A stretch of DNA of 64,000 nt from Nitrospirales bacterium (GTDB taxonomy: Bacteria; Nitrospirota; Nitrospiria; Nitrospirales; UBA8639), in NCBI GenBank assembly GCA_963555755.3, contig OY820905.2, positions 3,904,001 through 3,968,000 on the forward strand, given 5' to 3'. Every line of letters begins with the position of its first letter. The stretch's first letter is position 1. The translations under genes were made by a program, and so were the position numbers. Shown piece by piece: positions 30,033 to 39,196 of this stretch. Under the pieces are notes generated by a model. That model saw only the letters and a program-made list of their open reading frames with translations. It did not search any database and was not told the DNA's origin.

Positions 30033-30189
30033 GGGTTCGCGCAAGAATAACTTCCCCTGTGTGGGTGGTGAGACGCCTGTCTGGCAAGGCGCGAGGACTG
30101 CGCAGACTCCTCGTATGAAAAGGACGAGCAACGCCGCCAGACAGGATGAATCGACGTCCAAACAGGGGAAGTTATTCTTGCGCGAACCC
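30033..30189 (+). mobile_element. MITE family A, copy 3
   Basis: Perfect 28-bp TIR gggttcgcgcaagaataacttcccctgt; flanks TCA/TAA. Confidence 0.9.
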
Positions 30190-30326
30190 TAAGATGGCTC
30201 AGGAACTCGCTCTGCTCAAACAGCCTTCGCCGAGAAGTCGATTCGGGACGGAGGCTCCGCCGTGCCCCACACAAGGAAGTGCTCTCCCCGAGGGACAACA
30301 AAAAGAAAAAATCCATTCCAAAGCAT

Positions 30327-30622
30327 TGTCATTTCGAACGGAGAGAGAAATCTAGAACGCTGCCGACCCACACATGTTAACGAGGGATGGATCAAAAGTC
30401 AGCCAAAAAGAGCGGTCATCCCCGCAAGTGTTTAGCGGGGACCCACCACCTTCCGTCATCCCCGACGTTAGTAATCGGGGATCCATCCGAATTGGGTTTT
30501 TACTGCTTGTCATTTCGAACGGATGTGAGAAATCTTTACACATCGAACGGGCAAAGATTTCTCCCGTTGGTCGAAATGACAGCAAGCAACCTGGATTCCC
30601 GATTAAAAACGTCGGGAATGAC
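30327..30622. repeat. Cluster of GTCAT-type REP-like palindromes (family K)
   Basis: tgtcatttcgaacgga..gagaaatct (x2) with its complement, and gtcatccccg..cgggga(t/c)cca (x2) with complement tggattcccg..cgggaatgac. Another doublet at 46854-46951. Confidence 0.75.
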
Positions 30623-30781
30623 GCGGTGGGAGTTGGATGGGAGGTAATTGTGTTGGTTGAGCCTTTACCTCTTTTATCCATATAGAATTTTGCTGTTTTC
30701 CCATTTTGCGCTTCACGCATTACGCCTCACGCTTCACGGTATTCCAGAGTTGCATTGGAAAAATCCTCTGTGGCAGGCTTA

Positions 30782-30959
30782 GGACCTGAGCGAAAATAAC
30801 TTGGACATCTCGCATCCAATCTTCGGGCCATCTTTGAACGGGCCTCAATCGAAACACCCTCACCATAGCTGTGCTATGCCTCGGGTTTTTCTCAATCGTT
30901 CCGTCCAAATCCGACCCAAATCTTGGCGCGGGATGTCCAAGTTATTTTCCCTCAGGTCC
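30782..30959. mobile_element. MITE family E, copy 1 (178 bp)
   Basis: TIR ggacctgag.gaaaataacttggacatc; TTA on both sides. Confidence 0.88.
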
Positions 30960-31010
30960 TTAGCTCATTGAAAATGTTTGAATAATCGGTGTTTCTGAAG
31001 GAGGAAGAGC

Positions 31011-31196
31011 ATGAAGATGAAGCGGCAAGTTCATTATGTGAGGGGGGTGTTTGTGTGTCCCCAATGTAATCAAACGTTTGTCCAAGAGAACTGGATTGAA
31101 GAGAGGCGTGTTCGGTGCCATAAATGTGACTATCGTGGGACGTTGACGCATGTGTCCGTCGAGGAACACATGGAAGAGGAAACCGAACGGGTATAA
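31011..31196 (+). CDS. Small zinc-ribbon protein
   Basis: 61 aa with CPQC and CHKC; strong GGAGG RBS; the stop TAA is the TSD of MITE E copy 2. Confidence 0.6.
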   Translation: MKMKRQVHYVRGVFVCPQCNQTFVQENWIEERRVRCHKCDYRGTLTHVSVEEHMEEETERV

Positions 31197-31543
31197 GGAC
31201 CTGAAAGAAAATAACTTGGCCATCTCGCATCCAATCTTCGGGCCATCATTGAACCTAGAAGCAGCAGTTGGATCACAAAAGTCCGCGCAAGCTCTTGGCG
31301 CACCTGGCACAATACAAAAAGGTCTCATCACCACCGAGGTGACCACGACTTTTTGTATTGCACCATGCACACCAATTTCTTACACGTCTTTTTTGCGCCC
31401 AACTGCCGTTTCTAGGTTGAACGGGCCTCAATCGAAACACCCTCAACATAGCTGTGCTATGTCTCGGATTTTCCTCAATCGTTTCGTCCAAATCTGCCCC
31501 AAATCTTGGCGCGATATGGTCCAAGTTATTTTCTTTCAGGTCC
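31197..31543. mobile_element. MITE family E, copy 2, interrupted by family C copy 2
   Basis: TIR ggacctgaaagaaaataacttgg; TAA on both sides. Confidence 0.88.
31254..31416 (+). mobile_element. MITE family C, copy 2 (163 bp)
   Basis: TSD TTGAA. The empty site (single TTGAA) is visible in E copy 1. Confidence 0.93.
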
Positions 31544-31711
31544 TAACGATCAGGGTCGTTGCCTGGTTTGCCCACAACATATTGTGCCGGGCACGGTTTC
31601 TTTTTTCTGCCAGAAAACGGGATGTGTGGGTGAGGCCGTCAGATCATTCCAAGGCATACAACATCATGCCAGATCCTATGCCCCCAGTGTCTTTTTACGC
31701 GAGTCGTCTTC

Positions 31712-32356
31712 ATGCATAACAGACTCTTTCTCAGATACCTGATAGTCTGGGTGAATGGTTTTGTGTGTCTTTCACTCGCTGTTGTTGTCCAACCTGTACA
31801 AGCAGATCAACAAGTCACGGTATTAGTCGCCTATCATTCGGTTTCAGGGCATACCGAAAAGATGGCACATGCGGTAGCTGAAGGGGCGCAGTCTGTTTCG
31901 GGGACACGCGTGCAAGTGGAACGCGTTGAGAAAGTCACTGCGAATGTGTTGTTTGCCGCTGATGCCTTGGTCGTCGGCTCGCCGGTGTATTGGTCGAATA
32001 TGGCTGGTGAGGTCAAAACGTTTTTTGACAATTGGCAATTCAAGTTTGGCGTGTGGCCGGAATTCAAAATGCGGAATAAAGTAGGCGCGGCGTTTGCCAC
32101 CGGGGGCCAGGTGTCGGGTGGCAAGGAAGTCACCATGCTGACGATTCTGGCGGCGATGCTGGGCAATAAAATGATTATCGTGAGTGGTGGTGGAGTGTTT
32201 GGGGCGTCTGCGACGACGGAAGGAGACAGCCCAGGGATTAACGAGCAAGAACTAGCCGATGCGCGCGCGTTAGGAAAGCATGTTGCGGAAGTAGCCTGGA
32301 TGGTGAAACGAGGAAACGTGAACCGGGAAATCGAAGAGATCGAGGTCGCGAAGTAG
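31712..32356 (+). CDS. Flavodoxin-fold NAD(P)H-dependent oxidoreductase, WrbA-like, with N-terminal signal/TM
   Basis: 'VAYHSVSGHTEKMA', 'GSPVYWSNMA', 'KVGAAFATGG'. Confidence 0.85.
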   Translation: MHNRLFLRYLIVWVNGFVCLSLAVVVQPVQADQQVTVLVAYHSVSGHTEKMAHAVAEGAQSVSGTRVQVERVEKVTANVLFAADALVVGSPVYWSNMAGEVKTFFDNWQFKFGVWPEFKMRNKVGAAFATGGQVSGGKEVTMLTILAAMLGNKMIIVSGGGVFGASATTEGDSPGINEQELADARALGKHVAEVAWMVKRGNVNREIEEIEVAK

Positions 32357-32467
32357 TTTGATAAAGAGTTCTTGTAAAAGTGTTGAAGGCATTGAAGATC
32401 CCTCTTCTTTCCCTCGCCCCTTTGGGGAGAGGGTAGGGTGAGGGGGTCTTGGAGAAAACATTTGCCT

Positions 32468-33166
32468 ATGATCGAAGCACCGGACATCAGTGATTTTCAG
32501 TGGCCAATTTATTGGGAACGTGAGTATACAACGGCGATTGCTCCGGAACGCCTGAAACTCGAGATGAATTCGCATCGTCCCTCTCTCACCAATATGCCTT
32601 TAACCGAGCAACGGGAATTGGCCGCCAGTGGGTACAAGGTGCTCCCCGATGATTGCGGCCCCGTGCGGATGGTGAGTCAATATGGCTGGTTGGTGCGTTG
32701 TCCGGTTGATTGTAAATTGCGTCGCACCAAAGATGGATTCAAATGGCAAGCTCCGGAAATCAAACCAGAAGAGCGATTGTTGGGGTACAAATCATTTTCG
32801 GGGATGTATGTCGATACGATTCTCAATAGTGGGTATGCCAAACTGTGCTGCGGGATTCGGTTTTATTACCCCAAACAAATTGGCATCATGCTGAAAGATA
32901 TTCCCAATCATTTTTATCATTACCCCGAGCGCACGTTTTCGGTTTGGGAAGGAATTAAATCACAAGAATATAAGCTCACCCCCAATCTTTATGACTTTCT
33001 GCCAGACTATGATGCGTTTGTCGCCAATGTGTTGCTACAATTGAATAAGCCCACGACCCTCAAACGGGGTGATCCCATCGCTCTTGTCGTGCCGGTCCTT
33101 CTCCCCAAACAATTTCGCTTGGAGGAACTGACTCCCGATCGGAAGCAGTCCGAACCTCCGCGTTAA
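32468..33166 (+). CDS. Hypothetical protein, possibly DUF6065/dUTPase-like fold
   Basis: Long ORF with GGAG RBS; 'CGPV...QYGWLVRCP' and 'KRGDPIALVVP'. Confidence 0.5.
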   Translation: MIEAPDISDFQWPIYWEREYTTAIAPERLKLEMNSHRPSLTNMPLTEQRELAASGYKVLPDDCGPVRMVSQYGWLVRCPVDCKLRRTKDGFKWQAPEIKPEERLLGYKSFSGMYVDTILNSGYAKLCCGIRFYYPKQIGIMLKDIPNHFYHYPERTFSVWEGIKSQEYKLTPNLYDFLPDYDAFVANVLLQLNKPTTLKRGDPIALVVPVLLPKQFRLEELTPDRKQSEPPR

Positions 33167-33167
33167 T

Positions 33168-33373
33168 GGGAATGTTGAAAAAAGCCGCCAGCCTTCGCCA
33201 AGGCTACGGCAGACAAGCCAGCGGTTCCATGCCTGCCGAAGCGGCTTCGCGCAGGCAGGTCGCCATTTTGCCGTGCTCAGGTACTATGAGTACGCTCCGC
33301 GCGTCAAAATGGCTACGGCCTTGCTGGATGGACCCTTCGGAAAGACTCAGGGCATGCTTTTTTGAACATTCCC
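33168..33373 (-). repeat. Family I copy 3 with nested ~25-bp mini-palindromes
   Basis: TIR gggaatgtt.aaaaaagc. Reverse core plus inserts such as cctgccgaagcggcttcgcgcaggcagg and cccttcggaaagactcagggc. Confidence 0.7.
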
Positions 33374-33485
33374 TCCCACTGAGGATGCTTAACTCATCTG
33401 GAGCCTTTATTGGCTATTGACGTGAAAAATTCAACAGTCTCTTAATTTCCCCTTTCTCTTCGTTCCTGATCGATCGAGTCTCATC

Positions 33486-34478
33486 ATGCCCCTTCCGACT
33501 TTTCAGGATGTGCAACGTGCTGCGGCGCTCTTAACAGGCATTGCCCATAACACGCCTATTCACACCTCCCGACAGCTCAATGAAATTTCGCAAGCCACCG
33601 TCTTCTTGAAGTGCGAAAACTTTCAGCGAGTCGGGGCGTTTAAGTTTCGAGGCGCGTATAACGCCGTGGCTAATCTCCAATTAGACAAGCCGGTGATAGC
33701 CCTGTCTTCCGGGAATCATGCACAAGGCATTGCGCTCGCCTCTCAGTTGTTAGGAAAAGACGCGCATATCGTGATGCCGGAACCCATCAATCCTGTGAAG
33801 CGCGCAGCAGTTCAAGGATATGGTGGAATCGTACATATTCCTGGCAATCCTCAAGAGGCGGAATCGTTCTCCCAAGATCTTGCGCGAGAAGTGCAGGGTG
33901 AATGGATCGAAGCCTTTAACGATCCTCATGTGATCGCGGGGCAAGGAACAGCCGCGTTGGAATTGCTTGAACAAGTCGAAGATCTGGATGTCTTGCTTGG
34001 CCCTATAGGCGGCGGCGGGTTGTTATCTGGAACCTGCTTAGCTGCACATGGTGTCAATTCCAAAATTCAAGTCTACGCATGTGAGCCGGCAGGGGCTTTG
34101 GATGCCATGTATTCCGTGAAAGAAAATCGAATCGTGTCTCAAGATAATCCGCAGACCATCGCCGAGGGTTTGCGAACGAGTGTGGGGACCCTTACGCTTC
34201 CCATTCTACGCGAACACCTGGCAGGATTTTTTGTGGTAGAGGAGCAGGAAATCGTGAAGGCCATGCGTTTCATCTACGAACGCATGAAGCTCATCATCGA
34301 ACCAGCCAGTGCGGTGGCGATTGCACCGCTTCTTCGGCAAGAACCGGACTTGCAAAACAAGCGTGTGGGCGTGATTATTTCTGGAGGCAATGTGGATTTG
34401 TCCCGGTATTTTGATTGGTTCAATAGGCGAGGAAAAGGGAAATCTGGTGCGAACATCCAATCATCGAAGAACGTTTGA
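33486..34478 (+). CDS. PLP-dependent serine/threonine dehydratase / serine racemase family
   Basis: 'KCENFQRVGAFKFRGA', 'SSGNHAQG', 'GQGT', 'IGGGGL', 'SGGNVD'. Confidence 0.93.
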   Translation: MPLPTFQDVQRAAALLTGIAHNTPIHTSRQLNEISQATVFLKCENFQRVGAFKFRGAYNAVANLQLDKPVIALSSGNHAQGIALASQLLGKDAHIVMPEPINPVKRAAVQGYGGIVHIPGNPQEAESFSQDLAREVQGEWIEAFNDPHVIAGQGTAALELLEQVEDLDVLLGPIGGGGLLSGTCLAAHGVNSKIQVYACEPAGALDAMYSVKENRIVSQDNPQTIAEGLRTSVGTLTLPILREHLAGFFVVEEQEIVKAMRFIYERMKLIIEPASAVAIAPLLRQEPDLQNKRVGVIISGGNVDLSRYFDWFNRRGKGKSGANIQSSKNV

Positions 34479-35283
34479 GAAAGCCTTGGGCGACCGTGAA
34501 AAAGCTGCAAAGAAAAGTGCCCAAGCGGCAGTAAAAACATTTGATAAGAAATGGCGCCAGTTGCAAGCCCTCTGCCCGGATCCAGATAGCCAGCATCGAT
34601 TGACGTGGTTGCAACAACAATTTTCAAAAAAGCAGCGCGGGGCTATGGAAGCAGCCCAGGCGGAAATCGATACGGCCACACTGCTGATACAAGCTGGTTT
34701 TGGGCTTTCGTTTGTGAAAGAGACTCAATTAAGAACAGCAGATTTAGAGTGTTACTTTGAACATGACCGACTGTTTGTCGAAGTCACGGTGATTGTGCCA
34801 ACGGAGCCTGACCGGTCAAAAGATGGCGTGCCACATCATGGGGCAAAGGCAGAAGAAGAGAGTTCGGATTTTTTTAAAGATGCTTTAGTGAAACGCATGC
34901 TTGCTCGGATCAACGAGAAATCAGTACAGCTTGTCGATTATTGCGCCCCGGTGCTCTTGGCCTTAACCATCGTTCATCAAGAGCAAACCCCCTTGCCCAA
35001 TGGAAAAATGAACAGTCGAAAAATGGCGCTGGATCTTCAACAGTTGGGAGGAGTCATCACCGCGGCGTTGGGGAGCGTTCCACAACTCAGCGGCGTGTTG
35101 TTCACACTGTGGAATATTCAACCAGCGGAGTCACGATCGAATATTCGGTTAAGCAATGTCTCGGTTGGGGAATGGGTCTCGGAGCCAAAAGGATTTTCCC
35201 AGGTCCGTTGTTTCGCTGTAAACCCAACAGCCAGCTATCCAATAGAACCCGATGCATGTATCGCCCTAAAGCGGGCGTTATAA
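34447..35283 (+). CDS. Hypothetical protein, possible PD-(D/E)XK-like fold
   Basis: Long ORF with 'TADLEC...LFVEVT'; start uncertain. Confidence 0.55.
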   Translation: MRTSNHRRTFEKALGDREKAAKKSAQAAVKTFDKKWRQLQALCPDPDSQHRLTWLQQQFSKKQRGAMEAAQAEIDTATLLIQAGFGLSFVKETQLRTADLECYFEHDRLFVEVTVIVPTEPDRSKDGVPHHGAKAEEESSDFFKDALVKRMLARINEKSVQLVDYCAPVLLALTIVHQEQTPLPNGKMNSRKMALDLQQLGGVITAALGSVPQLSGVLFTLWNIQPAESRSNIRLSNVSVGEWVSEPKGFSQVRCFAVNPTASYPIEPDACIALKRAL

Positions 35284-35401
35284 AGCCGATAGCGATAAAA
35301 AGTTTCCTGTGCTACTGTCCCTTTCATTTTGAGGGCCGCGAGTCTAACCGAACATCATCTCTCCGAATTTCTTCTTGTTAGCAATTGGTAAGAAATCGGT
35401 A

Positions 35402-36763
35402 ATGGGAACATTAGAAAGCTTTCTCAACACGTTAAGCGGAATTATTTGGGGCCCTGTTATGCTCACCCTTCTTGTGGGGGTGGGCATTTACCTGACGATT
35501 GGGCTTAGAGCGATCCCATGGCGACGGGTAGGCTATAGCTTTTGCTTGCTCTGGCAGGGACGGTCCTCGAAGACGCAAGAGCCAGGTGAGATTTCACCAT
35601 TTCAAGCTCTCATGACTGCCTTGGCCGCGACCGTTGGCAGTGGAAACATCGCTGGCGTGGCGACAGCTATTTTTCTGGGTGGTCCTGGTGCGGTGTTTTG
35701 GATGTGGGTGACGGCTCTCTTTGGCATGGCGACGAAATATGCCGAGGCAGTGTTGGCTGTACACTATCGGGAAGTGGATGAATTGGGTCATCACGTGGGT
35801 GGCCCGATGTATTACATCCAAAACGGATTAGGCTCAAACTGGCGATGGCTGGCGGTGTCGTTCAGCCTCTTTGGAATGCTGGCAGCATTTGGGGCTGGGA
35901 ATACCGTTCAATCCAATACCGTCGCCAGTGCGGTGGAGGCCTCCTTCAATATCCCACCCTGGATTTCTGGACTGGTGATGGCAGCCTTAACAGGAATAGT
36001 CCTCATTGGTGGCATTCGACGGCTGGGGTCTGTTGCCGCCCGCTTGGTACCTTTTATGGCGGTGACCTACATTGTCGGAGCCTTGATGATTATCTTGGCA
36101 AATGTCGATCAAGTTCCCTCAGCGTTGATGACCATCATTTCGCATGCCTGGACGGGGAGCGCCGCTGTGGGAGGATTCGCGGGTGCCAGTGTCATGATGG
36201 CAATCCAATTTGGCGTGGCGCGAGGGCTCTTCTCCAATGAAGCAGGGCTGGGCAGTGCTCCCATTGCTCATGCCGCGGCCAAAACCAATGATCCTGTGCG
36301 CCAGGGCATGATCGCCATGTTAGGCACGTTTATCGATACTATTGTCGTATGCAGCATGACCGCACTCGTGATTATTGTGACCGGTGTTTGGACCAGCGGA
36401 AGCACAGGAGCCGTCCTCACAACACAAGCGTTTGATACCGGGTTTTCCCAGGTGGGTGGAGTGGTGGTCACTATAGCACTGATGCTGTTTGCTTTTACAT
36501 CGCTATTGGGCTGGAGTTACTACGGCGAACGGTGCACCGAATATTTATTTGGCGTTCGAGTGATCAAAGTCTACCGTGTGTTGTGGATCATCGCGATTCC
36601 TATTGGAGCCGTGGGAAAGTTGGAACTCGTCTGGCTCATCGCCGATATTTTAAATGGACTCATGGCCATCCCTAATTTAATTGCATTGGTGGCATTAAGC
36701 CCACTGATTTTTCGGCTGACGCGGGAACATTTTGTTTCTTTTGGAAAAGGTAAAACTGGATGA
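35402..36763 (+). CDS. Alanine/glycine:cation symporter (AGCS)
   Basis: 'GSGNIAGVATAI..GGPGAVFWMW', 'GGPMYYI', 'RGLFSNEAGLGS'. Confidence 0.95.
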   Translation: MGTLESFLNTLSGIIWGPVMLTLLVGVGIYLTIGLRAIPWRRVGYSFCLLWQGRSSKTQEPGEISPFQALMTALAATVGSGNIAGVATAIFLGGPGAVFWMWVTALFGMATKYAEAVLAVHYREVDELGHHVGGPMYYIQNGLGSNWRWLAVSFSLFGMLAAFGAGNTVQSNTVASAVEASFNIPPWISGLVMAALTGIVLIGGIRRLGSVAARLVPFMAVTYIVGALMIILANVDQVPSALMTIISHAWTGSAAVGGFAGASVMMAIQFGVARGLFSNEAGLGSAPIAHAAAKTNDPVRQGMIAMLGTFIDTIVVCSMTALVIIVTGVWTSGSTGAVLTTQAFDTGFSQVGGVVVTIALMLFAFTSLLGWSYYGERCTEYLFGVRVIKVYRVLWIIAIPIGAVGKLELVWLIADILNGLMAIPNLIALVALSPLIFRLTREHFVSFGKGKTG

Positions 36764-36997
36764 TATTGTGTTGGGGTTTGAGGTGGGTTCCAAACGACTT
36801 TTCTTATAAGGAATTTTTTATTTAAAAGCCGGGTTTCGCCCCGGCACGACGAGGCCCTTTTGTTTTGGCAAAAGGACCTCGTCTGCAGTGGCGAAACCCG
36901 GCATCTAATAATTCTCAAACAGACCCAGTTATCAAAACCTCACTTTATCTTTTCTATTTTTACGGGTGCGTATTTCCCCTTGCCCATCCGTCCCTTC

Positions 36998-37007
36998 TGT
37001 TATAACA
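36998..37007. promoter_or_regulatory. Palindrome over a -10-like box, putative AbrB operator
   Basis: TGTTATAACA about 30 bp upstream of the antitoxin start. Confidence 0.45.
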
Positions 37008-37037
37008 TTTGGAATAACATGAGGAGGGCTAGAATTT

Positions 37038-37265
37038 ATGCTGGATTTGAAGGTTAGGAAAGTTGGGAATTCGTTGGGGGTGGTGTTGCCTAAGGAAGTG
37101 TTGTCTCGGTTGAATTTGCATGATGGGGATCGGGTGTTTCTCACTGAAGCCCCAGATGGCAGTTACCGAATTACGCCGTATGATCCGGAGTTTAAATCCT
37201 ATGTAAAGGTGGCCAAAAAAGGCATGGCGAAATATCGGAATACTCTTCGGGCACTTGCTAAGTAA
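37038..37265 (+). CDS. AbrB/MazE-type antitoxin
   Basis: 'LKVRKVGNSLGVVLPKE', C-terminal 'YRNTLRALAK'. Confidence 0.92.
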   Translation: MLDLKVRKVGNSLGVVLPKEVLSRLNLHDGDRVFLTEAPDGSYRITPYDPEFKSYVKVAKKGMAKYRNTLRALAK

Positions 37266-37341
37266 GTTTTCCCCTCATCCCAAAGGGACGAGGGAGTAGG
37301 ATCGAATTGTAAATTGTAAAAGGTTAAAAGACTACAGGTTT

Positions 37342-37722
37342 ATGAAAGAGCCTGCTTGGGTTCCTAATGATTTTGTTCTCGCTTTGCATGAGGACTTACT
37401 GGTTGGATATGGCGGCGCTCCTGGTATTCGAGAGGACGCGCTTTTAGAATCTGCTCTGGCCCGTCCTCACCATCTGTTTGCCTATGATAAACCTGATTTG
37501 TTTGCTCTGGCGGCGTCCTACATCTCTGGTCTTGTTCGTAACCATCCTTTCATCGATGGGAATAAGCGAACAGCTTTTATGGTTGGCTATTCCTTTTTAA
37601 GCAGAAACGGAAAAGAGCTGAGTGCCCCAGAACCAGAAGCGACGGCGATCATTCTGGATTTAGCGAGCAGGAAGATTACAGAGGAGGATCTGGCTGTCTG
37701 GCTTCGGAAGAATTGCGAGTAG
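37342..37722 (+). CDS. doc: Doc (death-on-curing) family toxin
   Basis: 'HPFIDGNKRTAF', 'LLESALARP'. Confidence 0.92.
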   Translation: MKEPAWVPNDFVLALHEDLLVGYGGAPGIREDALLESALARPHHLFAYDKPDLFALAASYISGLVRNHPFIDGNKRTAFMVGYSFLSRNGKELSAPEPEATAIILDLASRKITEEDLAVWLRKNCE

Positions 37723-37850
37723 GGATTTTCTAGAGAGCCGATTTGGTAACCCCGGCAAAGGCCATTCCTTGTTGAGTTAATTGTTTTTCCATTCGTCACT
37801 TCATGGGAGTGATGCTATAATTATTTGCCAGTGAGGAAGCAAGTTCCCTA

Positions 37851-38063
37851 ATGGAAAAACCAAAATTAATCATGGCAAAATTGGGTCGGATCGATGAGAT
37901 GAACCGGGATTTCGATTTGGAATTCTGGCAGCGTCAATCACCGGCGGCTCGAATGGCCGCTGTGTGGGACATGACAGTCTTTCACCATAAATTAAAACGT
38001 CGCAACCCCAATGAACTCAGACTTGATCGAACTGTTGGGCATCTTTGCCCGCGAGAAGGTTAA
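37851..38063 (+). CDS. Small putative antitoxin of the downstream NTase
   Basis: 70 aa, 'DLEFWQRQSPAARMAAVW...RLDRT'; overlaps the NTase start. Confidence 0.65.
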   Translation: MEKPKLIMAKLGRIDEMNRDFDLEFWQRQSPAARMAAVWDMTVFHHKLKRRNPNELRLDRTVGHLCPREG

Positions 38064-38532
38064 ATATCTCATTATCGATGGGTATGCGGTGTCGTTTCAT
38101 GCCGAGCCCCGATACACCAAAGACATTGACTTGTTCATTGCCACCGATGGTGAAAATGCACAGGCAGTTTATCAGGCTCTGGCTGAGTTTGGAGCGCCGC
38201 TCGAAGATGTGACGCCTGAAGATTTTGGGAATACGGAATACTACTATATGATTGGTGTTGCCCCCAATCGCATTGATATCATGATGGGGATTCCCGGTTT
38301 GGAATTTCCTCCTGCTTGGGAAAACCGAGTGGAAGCCGAGATTGACGGGGTCACGATTTATTATATTTCCCGCGATGATCTTCTGACGGCGAAGCGGGCA
38401 TCTGGTCGGGATCAAGATCTGTTGGATGTCAAAGCGCTTGAAGAAGCCAAAAGGCTTTCACCTGGGCAGGAGTCATCAAGCCAGCTGCCACCAGGGCCAT
38501 TGCCTGATAGGTCAAGTGACTATGATCAATAA
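38011..38532 (+). CDS. Nucleotidyltransferase, DUF6036/MenT-like
   Basis: 'YLIIDGYAVSFHAEPRYTKDID', 'KRASGRDQDLLDV'. Confidence 0.8.
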   Translation: MNSDLIELLGIFAREKVKYLIIDGYAVSFHAEPRYTKDIDLFIATDGENAQAVYQALAEFGAPLEDVTPEDFGNTEYYYMIGVAPNRIDIMMGIPGLEFPPAWENRVEAEIDGVTIYYISRDDLLTAKRASGRDQDLLDVKALEEAKRLSPGQESSSQLPPGPLPDRSSDYDQ

Positions 38533-38557
38533 GCCAATCTTTATTCCCTATTTGGTT

Positions 38558-38872
38558 TTAACTGAGCGAATCTCTTAACTCTTCTAAATTTTTGATCACC
38601 ATTAGGTCGCCGTTGGTGGTGGCGATTTCGATGCCTTGGGCGCAGACTTCTCGGCATTTGTCTGGTTGGTTATTGTTTTTGAGGGATTGGGCTAAGGCAA
38701 AAATGGCTGCGGAGTAGGTGGGTTTCACTTTGATGCAGCTTTCTAATGCTGGGATGGCTTCTTCCCAATTTTCGTCTCCCATGTAAGCCTTTCCCAGACC
38801 AAACCAGAGGGTCTCGTCATTGGGATCCATTTTTAGTACTTTTTTGAATTTCTCTATTTTGGGGTCGGGCAT
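38558..38872 (-). CDS. Small TPR protein
   Basis: 'DPNDETLWFGLGKAY', 'KPTYSAAIFALAQ'; GGAG RBS before ATG 38872. Confidence 0.85.
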   Translation of the reverse strand: MPDPKIEKFKKVLKMDPNDETLWFGLGKAYMGDENWEEAIPALESCIKVKPTYSAAIFALAQSLKNNNQPDKCREVCAQGIEIATTNGDLMVIKNLEELRDSLS

Positions 38873-39196
38873 AATATTTTCTCCAAAAATTTTGGGTGTA
38901 CATCTTTCTTTGTTGAACGAATTTAGCACTGACCTCTTCGCGTTGTCTAACCTCATACCCTGTGCTACCATCCTTTTCTTATTTTTTCTTCTCAATTTAC
39001 CCCTCCTTTGTAAGGAGGGGCGTAGGGGAGGTAGAGTCTTAGGAATTGGAGCATCGCTCCCTACATTGAGGAATCTAGCTGTTCGGGTTTTCTACCCCTC
39101 CTAGCCTCCCCTTACAAATGTGAGGGATCCGATGTGCATTCTATCCTCCAAGGAAAAGCATTTTTGAGGAAATCCCCTATTCAAAAAGGTTGATGT

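Larger units (their letters stand above)
29798..30280. repeat. Host repeat (family J) carrying nested family I and A elements
   Basis: 5' end gggtttcgtccccg..cgacgaggc...ggcaaaaggacc recurs at about 36830-36878. Internal IR gcctccgtcccgaatc/gattcgggacggaggc. Confidence 0.6.

Noticed and set aside
28680..31546. Integron (tyrosine recombinase followed by palindromes)
   Set aside because: The recombinase looks like housekeeping XerD with no IntI-specific insertion. The downstream palindromes are MITE/REP families found elsewhere, not attC-bounded cassettes.
32438..32467. GTG start of the 242-aa ORF
   Set aside because: The GTG lies inside a family H hairpin; ATG 32468 with a GGAG RBS is more plausible.
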